A DNA stretch of 64,000 nucleotides from an uncultured Gemmataceae bacterium (GTDB lineage: Bacteria > Planctomycetota > Planctomycetia > Gemmatales > Gemmataceae), in assembly GCA_963750165.1 (NCBI GenBank), contig CAVVPN010000011.1:384001-448000 (forward strand), given 5' to 3'. Shown here in pieces: positions 54,077-63,987 of this stretch. A program made the position numbers and the translations under genes. The first letter of the stretch is position 1, and each line of letters starts with the position of its first letter. Below the pieces are notes generated by a model. The model had not been told where the DNA came from. It saw only the letters and a program-made list of their open reading frames with translations, and did no database searches.

Positions 54077-56022
54077 TTACTTCTTGACCTCGAATTCGGC
54101 GTCGATCACGTCATCCTTGCCCTTGCCGTCACCGCTCGGCGGGCTGCCGCCGCGCTCCGGGCCGCCACCACCGCCGCCATGCATGTGCGACGCCATCGCC
54201 TGGGCCGCCATCTGCAGGTCGCTCAGCGACCGCTTGATCGCGTCCGCGTCGTTGCCCTTCATGGCGTCCTTGACCCGGTCGATGGCGCCCTGGATCGGCG
54301 CCTTGTCGGAGTCCGACATCTTGTCGCCGTTCTCCTTCAGCAGCTTTTCCACCTGCCAGACGGTGTTGTCGGCCTCGTTGCGGGCGTCCGCCAACTCCTT
54401 CTTCTTGCGGTCCTCCTGGGCGTGCAATTCGGCATCGCGGCGCATCTTCTCGACCTCCTCCGAGCTGAGGCCGCTGGAGCTTTCGATGCGAATCTTGTTT
54501 TCCTTGCCGCTCTTCTGGTCGCGGGCCGACACCTGCAACACGCCGTTGGCGTCCAGGTCGAACGTCACCTCGATCTGCGGCAGGCCGCGCGGCTGCGGCG
54601 GAATACCCTCCAGGTGGAACGTGCCCAGCTTGCGGTTGTCCGCCGTCATCGGCCGCTCGCCCTGGAACACCTGCACGTAGACGCCCGGCTGGTTGTCCTC
54701 GTAGGTCGAGAACGTTTGCTTCTTCGTCGCCGGAATGGTGGTGTTGCGCTCGATCAGCTTGGTCATAACTCCGCCAACCGTCTCGATGCCCAGCGACAGC
54801 GGCGTCACGTCCAGCAGCAGCACTTCCGACTTGCTGCCGAGCAGCAGTTGCGCCCCTGGATGGCGGCGCCGACCGCCACGACCTCATCCGGGTTGACACC
54901 CTTGTGGCCTTCCTTGCCGAAGATCTCCTTCACCAGTTGCTGCACGCGCGGCATGCGCGTCATGCCGCCGACCAGCACCACCTCGTCGATGTCGCTCGGC
55001 TTGTAGCCCGCGTCCTTCAGCGCCGCCAGCACCGGGCCGCGGCACTTCTCGATCAGGTGATGGCACAGCTGCTCCAGCTTCGAGCGCGTCAGCGACATCT
55101 GCAAGTGCTTGGCACCCGTCGCGTCCGCCGTGATGAACGGCAGGTTGATGTCCGTCGTCGTCGCCTGCGACAGCTCCTTCTTGGCCTGCTCCGCCGCGTC
55201 CTTGAGCCGCTGCAGTGCCTTTTCGTCCTTGCGCAGGTCAATGCCGTTGTCCTTCTTGAACTGGTCCGCGACGTAATCAATAATCACCTGATCGAAATCG
55301 TCGCCGCCCAGGTGCGTGTCACCGTTGGTCGCCTTCACCTCGAAAACGCCGTCGCCCACGTCCAGGATGGAGATGTCGAAGGTGCCGCCGCCCAGGTCGA
55401 AGACCGCGATCTTCTCGTTCTTCTTCTTGTCGAGGCCGTACGCCAGCGAGGCCGCCGTCGGCTCGTTGATGATACGCATGCGCTGCTTCGTCTTCTTGCC
55501 GTCCTTGCCCTCGATCTCCCATTCCGGATCGAAACCGGCGATCTGGGCGGCGTCGATGGTCGCCTGCCGCTGGGCGTCGTTGAAGTACGCCGGCACCGTG
55601 ATAACCGCCTTCTTGACGGTGTGGCCCAGGTACGCCTCGGCCGCCTCCTTCAACTTGCGCAGGATCAACGCGGAAATCTCCGGCGGCGTGTACTGCTTGC
55701 CGTCGATGTCCACCTTGACCAGCTCGTTGGGGCCGCCAACGATCTTGTAAGGCACCAGCTTCTCTTCCGACATCACCTCGTTGTGACGGCGCCCCATGAA
55801 GCGTTTGATCGAGTAGATGGTGCGGCGCGGGTTCAGCGCGGCCTGCCGGCGGGCCAGTTCGCCCACCAAACGGTCGCCCTTGTCGGTGAACGCCACCACA
55901 CTGGGTGTCAGGCGATGGCCTTCCTGGTTGGCGATGACCTTCACTTCACCGCCTTCCATCACGGCCACGACCGAGTTCGTCGTGCCCAGGTCGATACCGA
56001 TGATTTGTTCATTCACTGCCAT
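54077..56022 (-). CDS. dnaK: Molecular chaperone DnaK (single-base frameshift at 54853-54856)
   Basis: [70 protein letters not shown]. Confidence 0.97.
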
Positions 56023-56216
56023 GATTTAGGCTCCTTTCTTGCGGATGTCTCCGTCTCGGTTCCGCGTCGGCCCGTTGCCCGCGGGCGCCGTTGGGCGCTG
56101 CCACGGCGAGTGAACCGGGCGCAACGGTCGTGATTTAGTGTCAGGGGTTCGCTTGCTGGAACAGGTGTTCATGTTCGCGAACATTGGATTGCTCATTATC
56201 GTTAAGGGAGTTGCAC

Positions 56217-56232
56217 AGCAACTCATGTGCCG
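56217..56232 (-). promoter_or_regulatory. Putative sigma54 (-24/-12) promoter upstream of dnaK
   Basis: Minus strand CGGCACATGAGTTGCT matches GGCAC-N5-TTGC spacing. Confidence 0.5.
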
Positions 56233-56438
56233 CCGGGGCGCCGGCGGTTGGGCGTGCTCTCATGTTGACCGCAATTAGATAGTTATGGCGTCCCAGGAGA
56301 TTCAGTTTTCTTGCCAGAATACTGGAACCCCTTGTGCTCCATCCGCCAAAATGGCAGTCGATAAAATGGGTAAGCGAACGCAGGCGTCAAGTTGGCAGCG
56401 AAAACGGCTGAAAGTGGTTCGCCGAAACGTCTTGTTGG

Positions 56439-56467
56439 TTGACACTCATTCGGTGCCTGATTAGATT
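56439..56467 (+). promoter_or_regulatory. Sigma70 promoter of pheA-aroF
   Basis: TTGACA-N17-TAGATT. Confidence 0.65.
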
Positions 56468-56507
56468 GACAGGGGTCCGCGCTCAAACCTCCTTGACGAG
56501 ATCCGCC

Positions 56508-57630
56508 ATGGCGCAAAATCGAATCCGACAGCCCCGTCGCCGCGAACCGCTCCGCGGCCTCCCTGAAGAACCTTCGTGCGACCATCGACAAGCTGGATCT
56601 CCAGATATTGAAACTGGTTAACGAGCGGGCGAGCCTGGCGGCGGAAATCGGCAAGGTCAAGAACAGCCACGGTGGCGAAATTTTTAACCCGGCCCGCGAA
56701 GAGGAAGTGTACAAAAACGTCCTGGAGAACAACAAGGGGCCGCTCGACGAGGCCACCATTCGCGCCGTCTACCGCGAAATCATGAGCGGCGCCCGCGCGC
56801 TCCAGAAGGTGCTCAAGGTGGCGTATCTCGGCCCGGAGTATAGCTTTAGCCATCTGGCGGCGGTGGAGCGCTTCGGCCAGGCGGTCGAGTTCATGCGCGT
56901 CGGCAGCATCGCGGCGGTGTTTGAGGAGGTCAACCGCAGTCACGCGGACTTCGGCGTGGTGCCGCTGGAGAACTCCACCGACGGCCGCATTGCCGACACC
57001 CTCGACATGTTCATTCGTCTGCCGCAAATCAAGGTTTGTGCCGAAGTTCGGTTGCGCATCCACCACAACCTGTTGGCCAACTGCGAGCAGCAGGAAATCC
57101 GTCGGGTCTACAGCAAACCGCAGGCGCTGTCGCAGTGCCGTAACTGGCTGAGCAAGAATGTGCCGCACGCCTCGCTGCACGAGGTCGCCAGCACCGCCAC
57201 CGCCGCGGAACTGGCCCAGCGGGAGCCCGGCGCCGCCGCGGTCGCAAGTCGCCAGGCAGCAGTGCGTTATGGCTTGCGTATCCTGTTCCCTGACATCGAG
57301 GATTCGCCGCACAACGAGACGCGCTTCGCCGTCATCGGTCATCAGGAAGCAGGCAGGACCGGTCACGACAAAACGGCACTCATGTTTCGCATTCCGCACA
57401 ACCCTGGTTCGCTGGTGAGCGTGCTCGAGGTGTTCAAGCAGAACAAGCTCAACCTGACCTGGATCGAATCGTTCCCCGCCAAGCAGCCCAAGCCCGAGTA
57501 CATCTTCTTCGTGGACTTCGAGGGCCACATTGAGGATCCGAAGGTCAAGCGGACCCTGAGCACGCTGGCGGAATACTGCGAGCAGCTGTCGGTGCTCGGC
57601 TCCTTCCCGATGGCGACGCTCAGCAGCTGA
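56508..57630 (+). CDS. pheA: Chorismate mutase/prephenate dehydratase (likely 1-bp indel just after the ATG)
   Basis: [58 protein letters not shown] at 56508 is out of frame by one base. Confidence 0.93.
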
Positions 57631-57638
57631 AACAACCT

Positions 57639-57733
57639 GGCGAGCGGGGTCGCGTCGAGCGCCCCGTGAGACTCTGCCCCACGGGGTCGCGTGGGACTCT
57701 GCCCCACGGGGCGCTTACGCGACCCCGCTCGCC
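57639..57733. repeat. Composite intergenic palindrome with internal direct repeat
   Basis: GGCGAGCGGGGTCGCGT..AGCGCCCCGTG / CACGGGGCGCTTACGCGACCCCGCTCGCC arms; GACTCTGCCCCACGGGG x2 inside. Confidence 0.8.
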
Positions 57734-57758
57734 CACCTCCGCCCGGATGGAATCCCCC

Positions 57759-58784
57759 ATGATTATCGTGCTGAACCCCCAGGCAACCGAAGCGCAGCTC
57801 GACCACGTGCTCGAACGCATCCAGGAACTGGGCCTCAAACCGCACCTGAGCCGTGGCGAACACCGCACTATCATTGGCGTCATCGGCGACGAGAACAAGC
57901 TGCGCGCCGAACCGCTGCAGGCGATCCCCGGCGTCGAGCAGGTGCTGCCGATCCTGAAGCCGTTCAAACTCGCCAGCCGCGAATTTCACCGCGAGAACTC
58001 CGTCATCGCGGTCGGCAAGGTGAAGGTCGGTGGCGGTCATCTGGCCATGATCGCGGGGCCGTGCGCGATTGAAAGCCTGGAGGTGCTGGACGAGATCGCC
58101 ACGCAGGTCAAGGCCGCCGGCGCCAACATCCTGCGCGGCGGCGCGTTCAAGCCGCGCACCAGTCCGTACAGCTTCCAGGGTCTCGGCGAAGAGGGCCTCA
58201 AAATCCTGCGCGACGTGGGCGACAAGCACGCCCTGCCGGTGGTCACCGAAGTCATGGACCCGCGCCAGGTGCCGCTGGTGGAGCGCTACGCGGACATGTT
58301 TCAGATCGGCGCCCGCAACATGCAGAACTTTGACCTGCTCAAGGAGGTCGGCCAGACGAAGTTGCCGGTGCTGCTCAAGCGCGGCATGAGCGCCACGGTC
58401 AAGGACCTGCTGATGTCGGCGGAGTACGTGCTGGCGGAGGGCAACCCGAACCTGGTGCTGTGCGAACGCGGCGTGCGCTCCTTTGAGGACTCGACGCGCA
58501 ACATGCTGGACATGAGCGCCGTGCCGAACGTCAAGGGCCAGAGTCACTTACCGATCATCGTCGATCCGAGCCACGCGACCGGCCGGCCGGACCTGATTCC
58601 GCCGATGGCGTGCGCTTCCATCGCCGCCGGGGCCGACGGCGTTCACATCGAGGTCCACAGCTGCCCCGAGAAGGCGCTGTCCGACGGGCCGCAGGCGCTG
58701 CTGCCGAAGCAGTACGGTGAGCTGATGCGGCAGCTGCGGCGGCTGGCGGAGGTGATGGGCAAGGCGGTGTCGCCGACGGCGTGA
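57759..58784 (+). CDS. aroF: DAHP synthase type I-beta
   Basis: [52 protein letters not shown]. Confidence 0.95.
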   Translation: MIIVLNPQATEAQLDHVLERIQELGLKPHLSRGEHRTIIGVIGDENKLRAEPLQAIPGVEQVLPILKPFKLASREFHRENSVIAVGKVKVGGGHLAMIAGPCAIESLEVLDEIATQVKAAGANILRGGAFKPRTSPYSFQGLGEEGLKILRDVGDKHALPVVTEVMDPRQVPLVERYADMFQIGARNMQNFDLLKEVGQTKLPVLLKRGMSATVKDLLMSAEYVLAEGNPNLVLCERGVRSFEDSTRNMLDMSAVPNVKGQSHLPIIVDPSHATGRPDLIPPMACASIAAGADGVHIEVHSCPEKALSDGPQALLPKQYGELMRQLRRLAEVMGKAVSPTA

Positions 58785-58887
58785 CGGTTGGGCTTGTCAC
58801 GGTGGGCGAATGTCGCTAATGCCCAGCCCGCGGCCCGGCACACTGCGCGGGCGGCCGCGCTCCTCTCGTTCGCAAGGAAGCGAAACC

Positions 58888-59823
58888 ATGTTGCCCGTTC
58901 TCCAAAATCTGTTGGCCGTGATGGTGTTCGGTCTCTCGCCCATTCCGGCGGAGGGTGGAGAACCGCCAGGGGTTGGGTCCGCGTTCGACTCGCCAGCGGA
59001 TTTTCTTCCGGGTCCACGGCGGCTTTACCCCGCTGTGCCGAAACTGTCGGACGCCGCCCCACTGCTGACCGCACGGTCCCGGTTCCAGCCGGGCAGTCCG
59101 GTCGGCACGTTGCAGGAGTTGCTCGCCGGCGAACGGACGGCGGTTCGCGTGATCTTCGATGAATTCACGCCCGTGTTCGTTGATGGATTGTTTGTGGAAG
59201 AGGTTCGGGAAGAAACGCTTGCTCCTGGCGGGTATCACGGGTTGATTGATGAAGGGGGCAGCATAGCCAGTGCGCTCGGCCTGCCGGACGTTGCCGATCT
59301 GCATCGCGAGTTCTGCTTGCTTCGCTACCTGGAGAACCCCGAGCGACCCCTGTTGAATGGGGAGCAAACGCCGCCATCCGTTGAGCCGAAACCCCAGGAT
59401 CAACAAGGGAATATCCCGGAAACAAATGATCGGGAAATTGCCATGCGATGGCTGGACCAATACGACCTGCCGGGCCGCATGGCCGAAGCGGAGGTTTACA
59501 CCATCCTCGCCGGGTTCCCGTTCACCGATGACAGCTGGTGGGAGGAATGGGAATATCAGGATCAGTGCGTCGGGGCACTCATCTTTCCGGACTCATACCT
59601 GCGGCGGAAACAGCGCGAATACACCTTTTTCACAAAATTGCAGCGGCCGCTGGCGGACCTGAACCCGCAGCTGCCCGCCACAGTCCTGAAGGTCAGCCAG
59701 ACGCTGCGGGAGTTCGCCACACACACGATGGTTCAGATGGTCTGCGATTTTGAACCGCCCCCGTTACTGGATTGCGATGGTGCCGTCATCTACAATAGTG
59801 CCTTCCCCGGCTTCAATTTTTAA
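58888..59823 (+). CDS. Hypothetical protein (lower GC, possible signal peptide)
   Basis: 312-codon ORF with no recognised motif. Confidence 0.55.
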   Translation: MLPVLQNLLAVMVFGLSPIPAEGGEPPGVGSAFDSPADFLPGPRRLYPAVPKLSDAAPLLTARSRFQPGSPVGTLQELLAGERTAVRVIFDEFTPVFVDGLFVEEVREETLAPGGYHGLIDEGGSIASALGLPDVADLHREFCLLRYLENPERPLLNGEQTPPSVEPKPQDQQGNIPETNDREIAMRWLDQYDLPGRMAEAEVYTILAGFPFTDDSWWEEWEYQDQCVGALIFPDSYLRRKQREYTFFTKLQRPLADLNPQLPATVLKVSQTLREFATHTMVQMVCDFEPPPLLDCDGAVIYNSAFPGFNF

Positions 59824-59843
59824 CACCGGAACCCACCGGACAA

Positions 59844-59906
59844 TCGCTGGCCCCGTTTATGTTTCGCGCACGTCCAGTCCGCGCGAAACGTAAACGGGGC
59901 CAGCGA
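59844..59906. repeat. Palindrome family B, copy 2
   Basis: CCCCGTTTATGTTTCGCGC...GCGCGAAACGTAAACGGGG. Confidence 0.8.
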
Positions 59907-60403
59907 GTTCCAGCCCATTCCAAAAACCCCGCGGGGACGCCGCCGGCCGCCGCCGCTAGAATAGGCGTTCGCCACGCCTCCGTTCCCGAAAGCTCCAGGT
60001 GAGGGTACCGATGACCGCCCCGCGACGCCGCGGCGACGAGCCGGGCAAGCTGGTCAGCATCGACCCCAAGGGGCGCCGACTCGTCATCCGCGTGCGCGGC
60101 AAGGACGAGACGTTCAACTTCCGGGATGTTAGCAGATTGCTTGTGCATGGTGAGCCGGCCAAGTTTTCGGACCTGCGGAAACGGGTCGGCGCCACAGGTT
60201 ACTTCACCACAGCGGAATACGGCGGCCCCGGTGATCTGGTCCGTTTCAAACGCTGGAATGGACCAATGAACGGGCGACACGTCTACGATTCGATGCCCAG
60301 ACAACAGGCTGCCAAATCGGCTGAAACGAAATGGCCCGGCTCAAAACGTTTCGAGCCGGGCTGGCGTCAACAAGGAGCAAAGCCCGCAACAGAAGACAGA
60401 GAC

Positions 60404-61084
60404 TCAGCGTTTGATCGCGGTCAGGTGGAAGATGGTGTGCTGGCCGCTGTCGGTGAACTCCTGGCGGACGAGGCGGTGATGGCTGTCGTACCACACGTCC
60501 ACCGGGGCGGCCGGGCCGAGGATGCGGAAGTGGTAGCACTTCTGCGTCTGGCCGGCGACGTTCATCTGCTCCATGCTGACGTACTGCAACTTGCCGTCGA
60601 TGTCCTTGCCGGTGTCGCAGTCCAGCAGTGGGATGTTCTGGTTGTGGAAGCGGGCCTCGGCCAGTTTCCAGTAACTGGTCGTCCAGGCGTCGGCGCGGCT
60701 GACGTGCTCCTGGCCGTTGGCGCGGACGCGCAGGCCGTTGCCTTCGGCGACGGCGCTCACGTCGAAGCGCTTGCCGTCGTCCTGGCCGCTGGCTCGGAGC
60801 TGCTGCAACCGGTAGTCCTTCCACACCTCGGTGGCCTGGATGGCGTAGGTGTACCTGCCGAGGAACACCTTGACCTCAACGCTGGCATTGATGGCGACGT
60901 TCTCGGTGCCGTCGGGCTGGTGCGTGACCGTCAACTGATACTGGCCGGCGGTCTTGTTGCCGACCTGAATCACGAAGTCGCGCACCTCCGTGTGGGGCTG
61001 GGCCTGCTGGGCCCACGTCGCCGGACTCGCCGCCAGGATCAACGCCAGGGACACGCCCACCAGGGGCCAACGTGTTCGGCTCAT
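60404..61084 (-). CDS. Secreted beta-rich protein (DUF6134-like)
   Basis: Signal peptide; Y.Y....TEVWKD..L, WTTSYW, LLDCDTG, VWYD...RLVR. Confidence 0.65.
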   Translation of the reverse strand: MSRTRWPLVGVSLALILAASPATWAQQAQPHTEVRDFVIQVGNKTAGQYQLTVTHQPDGTENVAINASVEVKVFLGRYTYAIQATEVWKDYRLQQLRASGQDDGKRFDVSAVAEGNGLRVRANGQEHVSRADAWTTSYWKLAEARFHNQNIPLLDCDTGKDIDGKLQYVSMEQMNVAGQTQKCYHFRILGPAAPVDVWYDSHHRLVRQEFTDSGQHTIFHLTAIKR

Positions 61085-61205
61085 TCCGCACCTCCTTCGC
61101 TTGTTGATCCGGGCCGCCACGACTCGACGGCCTCGGGGGGGAAGGCGGGGGTATACCGTGGAACGTCGGAAAAGCCAAGAGCAATTCAAGGCGAGCGCGA
61201 ACCGT

Positions 61206-62441
61206 TTAGCGGCCGTTGCGGCCCTCCATCAGCCGGGCCAGTTTCTCACTGAGCAATTCGTCCGCCGCCGCGGACCAGGTGAACTCGCCCGGCGACTTGA
61301 AGCCGCCCTCACTGGTGAACGACGCCGTCGGCGCCGACGCCAGCGGCAAGACGCCCAGCGACCGCACTCCCAGCCGCAGGTCGAAGCCGCTCATCTGCGC
61401 CAGGTCCGCCGCGTCCACCGTGCCGGGTGCGAACGGCGATGGGCCATCGGTGATGAGCACTTCCTGGTCGAGCAAGAGCGGCGCCTGCACGCCGCCGACC
61501 ACCTGCGCCCGCACCTCCAGCTTGCACAGCCCCGCCATGCCCGGTTCGCTGCTGCTCACCAGAAAGCACGGGCCAACGCGCGTCAGGTCCGCCAGCGGCG
61601 GCAGCTGCCGTGTCAGCGCGAACGGCCCCTTGGCGGTCTGCACCACGAAGCGCGTGTCGGAGATGCGCAGCGACTTCTGAAACTTCAAGCGCGGGATGGC
61701 CCGGATGCGCTGCGTCGCCAGCACCTGATCCTCCAGCATCCACGTCGCCACCCAGGTCGCCACGCGCTTCGGGAAGCGGCCCGGCGACACCGTCACCAGT
61801 GCCTGCTTGCCTCGAAGCTGCGAACTCGACAACTGCAGCGGCACCGTGAACGCCGACTCGCCCTCCTCGGTGCGGAACTCGACGCGCAGGTTCAGGTCCA
61901 CGACCGGTGCCAGGCTGGTGGCGCTGGTGAGCAGGGCGCTGGCCATGATGCCACGGCACTGCGTCGCCACGAACGTCTGGCAGGCGACCGTCTGCTCGCC
62001 GAGCATCACCGCCAGCGTCGGCATTTGCAGGCTGAAGCGCTGCAGGAATTCGGCACGGGTCAGGACGGGCAGCTGGAGGCGGCCGAGCGGTTGACCGCGC
62101 CAGTGCATCTCGGCGAAGGCGGTGGCGGCCGGCGCGGCCAGGCGGAAGAAGAGGCGGCACTGGTCGCTGCCGTCGTCGGCGCGGAGGGTGTCGGCGGCGA
62201 TGGCGGGCTGTTCGGGCAGGTGCAGGGTGAAGTCGGCCTTGCGACGGCCGGCGGCGGCGGGCAGGCGCAGCAGGCACTCGACCAGCACCGCATCCGCGTT
62301 CCAGGGGATGGGCTGGTTATCGACCGTGAGGCCGGCTTTTTCATAACTGTAGTGCATGGCCTGCGGCTGTGGGCCGATCCGGTGAAGGGGCCAAAGGTCA
62401 TGCATCGCCCAGTCGCGCCAGCGCTTGATCCAGGGCCACAT
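61206..62441 (-). CDS. Conserved hypothetical protein coupled to the ThiF gene (start 62441 or 62405)
   Basis: Long coding-like ORF whose start overlaps the ThiF stop. Confidence 0.7.
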   Translation of the reverse strand: MWPWIKRWRDWAMHDLWPLHRIGPQPQAMHYSYEKAGLTVDNQPIPWNADAVLVECLLRLPAAAGRRKADFTLHLPEQPAIAADTLRADDGSDQCRLFFRLAAPAATAFAEMHWRGQPLGRLQLPVLTRAEFLQRFSLQMPTLAVMLGEQTVACQTFVATQCRGIMASALLTSATSLAPVVDLNLRVEFRTEEGESAFTVPLQLSSSQLRGKQALVTVSPGRFPKRVATWVATWMLEDQVLATQRIRAIPRLKFQKSLRISDTRFVVQTAKGPFALTRQLPPLADLTRVGPCFLVSSSEPGMAGLCKLEVRAQVVGGVQAPLLLDQEVLITDGPSPFAPGTVDAADLAQMSGFDLRLGVRSLGVLPLASAPTASFTSEGGFKSPGEFTWSAAADELLSEKLARLMEGRNGR

Positions 62442-63225
62442 CGAGTGCCTCCGCCGAGGTCGTGGCGAACTCCGGCGCCGTCGGTCGGCAGATGAGACAG
62501 TCCGCCGACCGGGCGACGCGCAGCCGGTGCGGCCGGTACGCTTCGTCGAAGACGCCCGGCACGCGCTGCAGCGCCAGCAAAAGGCTGGTGAAGCCCGGCG
62601 CGAAGTTCGTCGCATGGTTCAACAAGTCAAGCGTTAGGAGCGCGTGCAGCGAGGCGATGACTTCAATCGACGCCTTGCTCGCGGGGACCGTCGTTTCCGC
62701 GACGGGGCCGCCCGGCTGCGAGTAGTCCGGCGGCTTGCTGTTGTCCTCCTTGACGCTACGCTGCAAATAACTGGCGACGCAGCCGTAACACGGCCCGTCG
62801 GGGGCGAACCAGTGGACGAAACCGCCGATGCCACCGCTGAGGACCTCGCCGAGCGTCCACGGTTTGCGGCAGCGGCGCATGAGGGCGTCCCAGTGAAACT
62901 TGGCCACCTCGTTGTCCGCGGCACATACGCCTATGTCGGCGGTGCGGGCCGCGGCCTCGATGGCCGCCTGCTGCTCCGGCGCCAGCAGGTCGCAGACGAA
63001 CAGGCGCACGTCCAGGTCAGGCCGCCGCTCTTTCAGCCAGCGCTCGGCCAACTCCACCTTCGGCTCGCCGATGCCGGCCGGCGGAAAGATGTGGCGCTCG
63101 ACGTTGTGCGGCTTGTAGATGTCCGGCTCGATCAGCGTGACCTGCGTGATGCGCGCATCACGACAGAGCATGTCGAGGACGGGCATGCCGCCACTGCCGG
63201 CGCCGACCTGGATCACGTGAGCCAA
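62398..63225 (-). CDS. ThiF/MoeB/E1-like adenylyltransferase
   Basis: VGAGSGG, IEPD....HNVERH, G.PKV, CAADN, GPCYGC and C-terminal CLIC zinc pairs; TTG start with GGAGG RBS. Confidence 0.88.
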   Translation of the reverse strand: MAHVIQVGAGSGGMPVLDMLCRDARITQVTLIEPDIYKPHNVERHIFPPAGIGEPKVELAERWLKERRPDLDVRLFVCDLLAPEQQAAIEAAARTADIGVCAADNEVAKFHWDALMRRCRKPWTLGEVLSGGIGGFVHWFAPDGPCYGCVASYLQRSVKEDNSKPPDYSQPGGPVAETTVPASKASIEVIASLHALLTLDLLNHATNFAPGFTSLLLALQRVPGVFDEAYRPHRLRVARSADCLICRPTAPEFATTSAEALDVALDQALARLGDA

Positions 63226-63240
63226 GACGTTACCTCCGTG

Positions 63241-63483
63241 TTAAGTGTGCCGAAAAAGCAAGTCCCCATCAGGGGTTGCCACGGAAAGGAAATCGGCGAG
63301 CTTTACCTGCCAACCACACTCGCCCGGCGGCGCCCCCACACGCACCAGTACAACCGTGTCATCCGCGTCAAGGTGGGTGGTACTCACAACCTTAGCCAGC
63401 ATCGCGTCGCCGTCGGTAAAGACAAAGCGGAATGTCTTACCCTCCGCGCCCCGCAACAACGTGTGAAGGGTGTCGCCTGGCAC
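63241..63483 (-). CDS. Small hypothetical protein between the E2-like and E1-like genes
   Basis: GTG start with AGGAG RBS; 80 aa, beta-rich. Confidence 0.6.
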   Translation of the reverse strand: MPGDTLHTLLRGAEGKTFRFVFTDGDAMLAKVVSTTHLDADDTVVLVRVGAPPGECGWQVKLADFLSVATPDGDLLFRHT

Positions 63484-63525
63484 GGTGCGCTCCTACGGCC
63501 TGGCTGATGCCGTTGTGTTGCACTA

Positions 63526-63951
63526 CTATTTCGCCTCCGGCAGTGGCCACTCATTGGTCTCGTGCCACACCTCATAGCACGCCAGCCAGCGCCACGCCGC
63601 CTGGATGGCGAAGACGCAGGTGAAGCGCGCCGGGTCCCAGCGGCTGGTGGCGCGGGTGCTGCCCTGCCGCCACATGCACAGCGTCTGGCCTTCGAGCAGG
63701 TGCGGACAGTGCTTCAACGGCGTCAGCACGCGCGTCTCGGGCGGCACCGTCGGGTAGCTGGACACGAGCCGCGTCTCCAGCTGGTAGACGTTGTGCATCG
63801 GCTTGAGCTTGTAGCGCAGCACCAGGGTCGTGCCCAGGCGCACGATCTGAATCTTGTACGCCGGCTCGCGGTCCTCGTTGTAGCGCTCGATGACGGGGAT
63901 TTCCACCGTCAGCAGGCGGCGCTTACCGGCTTCACTGTCGAGCAGGCCCAT
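63526..63951 (-). CDS. Prokaryotic E2/UBC-fold ubiquitin-conjugating-like protein
   Basis: YPTVPPETRV...CPHLLEGQTLC...WDP...W..CYEVW...WP follows the UBC YP..PP / HP....G.iC / W.P pattern. Confidence 0.68.
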   Translation of the reverse strand: MGLLDSEAGKRRLLTVEIPVIERYNEDREPAYKIQIVRLGTTLVLRYKLKPMHNVYQLETRLVSSYPTVPPETRVLTPLKHCPHLLEGQTLCMWRQGSTRATSRWDPARFTCVFAIQAAWRWLACYEVWHETNEWPLPEAK

Positions 63952-63952
63952 A

Positions 63953-63987
63953 GCATTAGTCCTTGGTCATCAGTCATTAGTCATTAG
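63953..63987. repeat. Short heptamer tandem repeat (GTCATTA-like)
   Basis: GCATTA GTCCTTG GTCATCA GTCATTA GTCATTAG. Confidence 0.6.

Noticed and set aside
54077..56022. dnaK as a true pseudogene or programmed frameshift
   Set aside because: One missing G in a homopolymer restores it, and similar indels occur across the window
56030..56300. CIRCE element upstream of dnaK
   Set aside because: No TTAGCACTC-N9-GAGTGCTAA match found
59999..61252. 417-aa plus-strand ORF
   Set aside because: Mostly antisense to the DUF6134-like gene; only the first ~100 codons might be a gene fragment
63241..63483. 80-aa protein as the ubiquitin-like modifier
   Set aside because: No C-terminal Gly motif (ends FRHT) and no recognisable beta-grasp pattern
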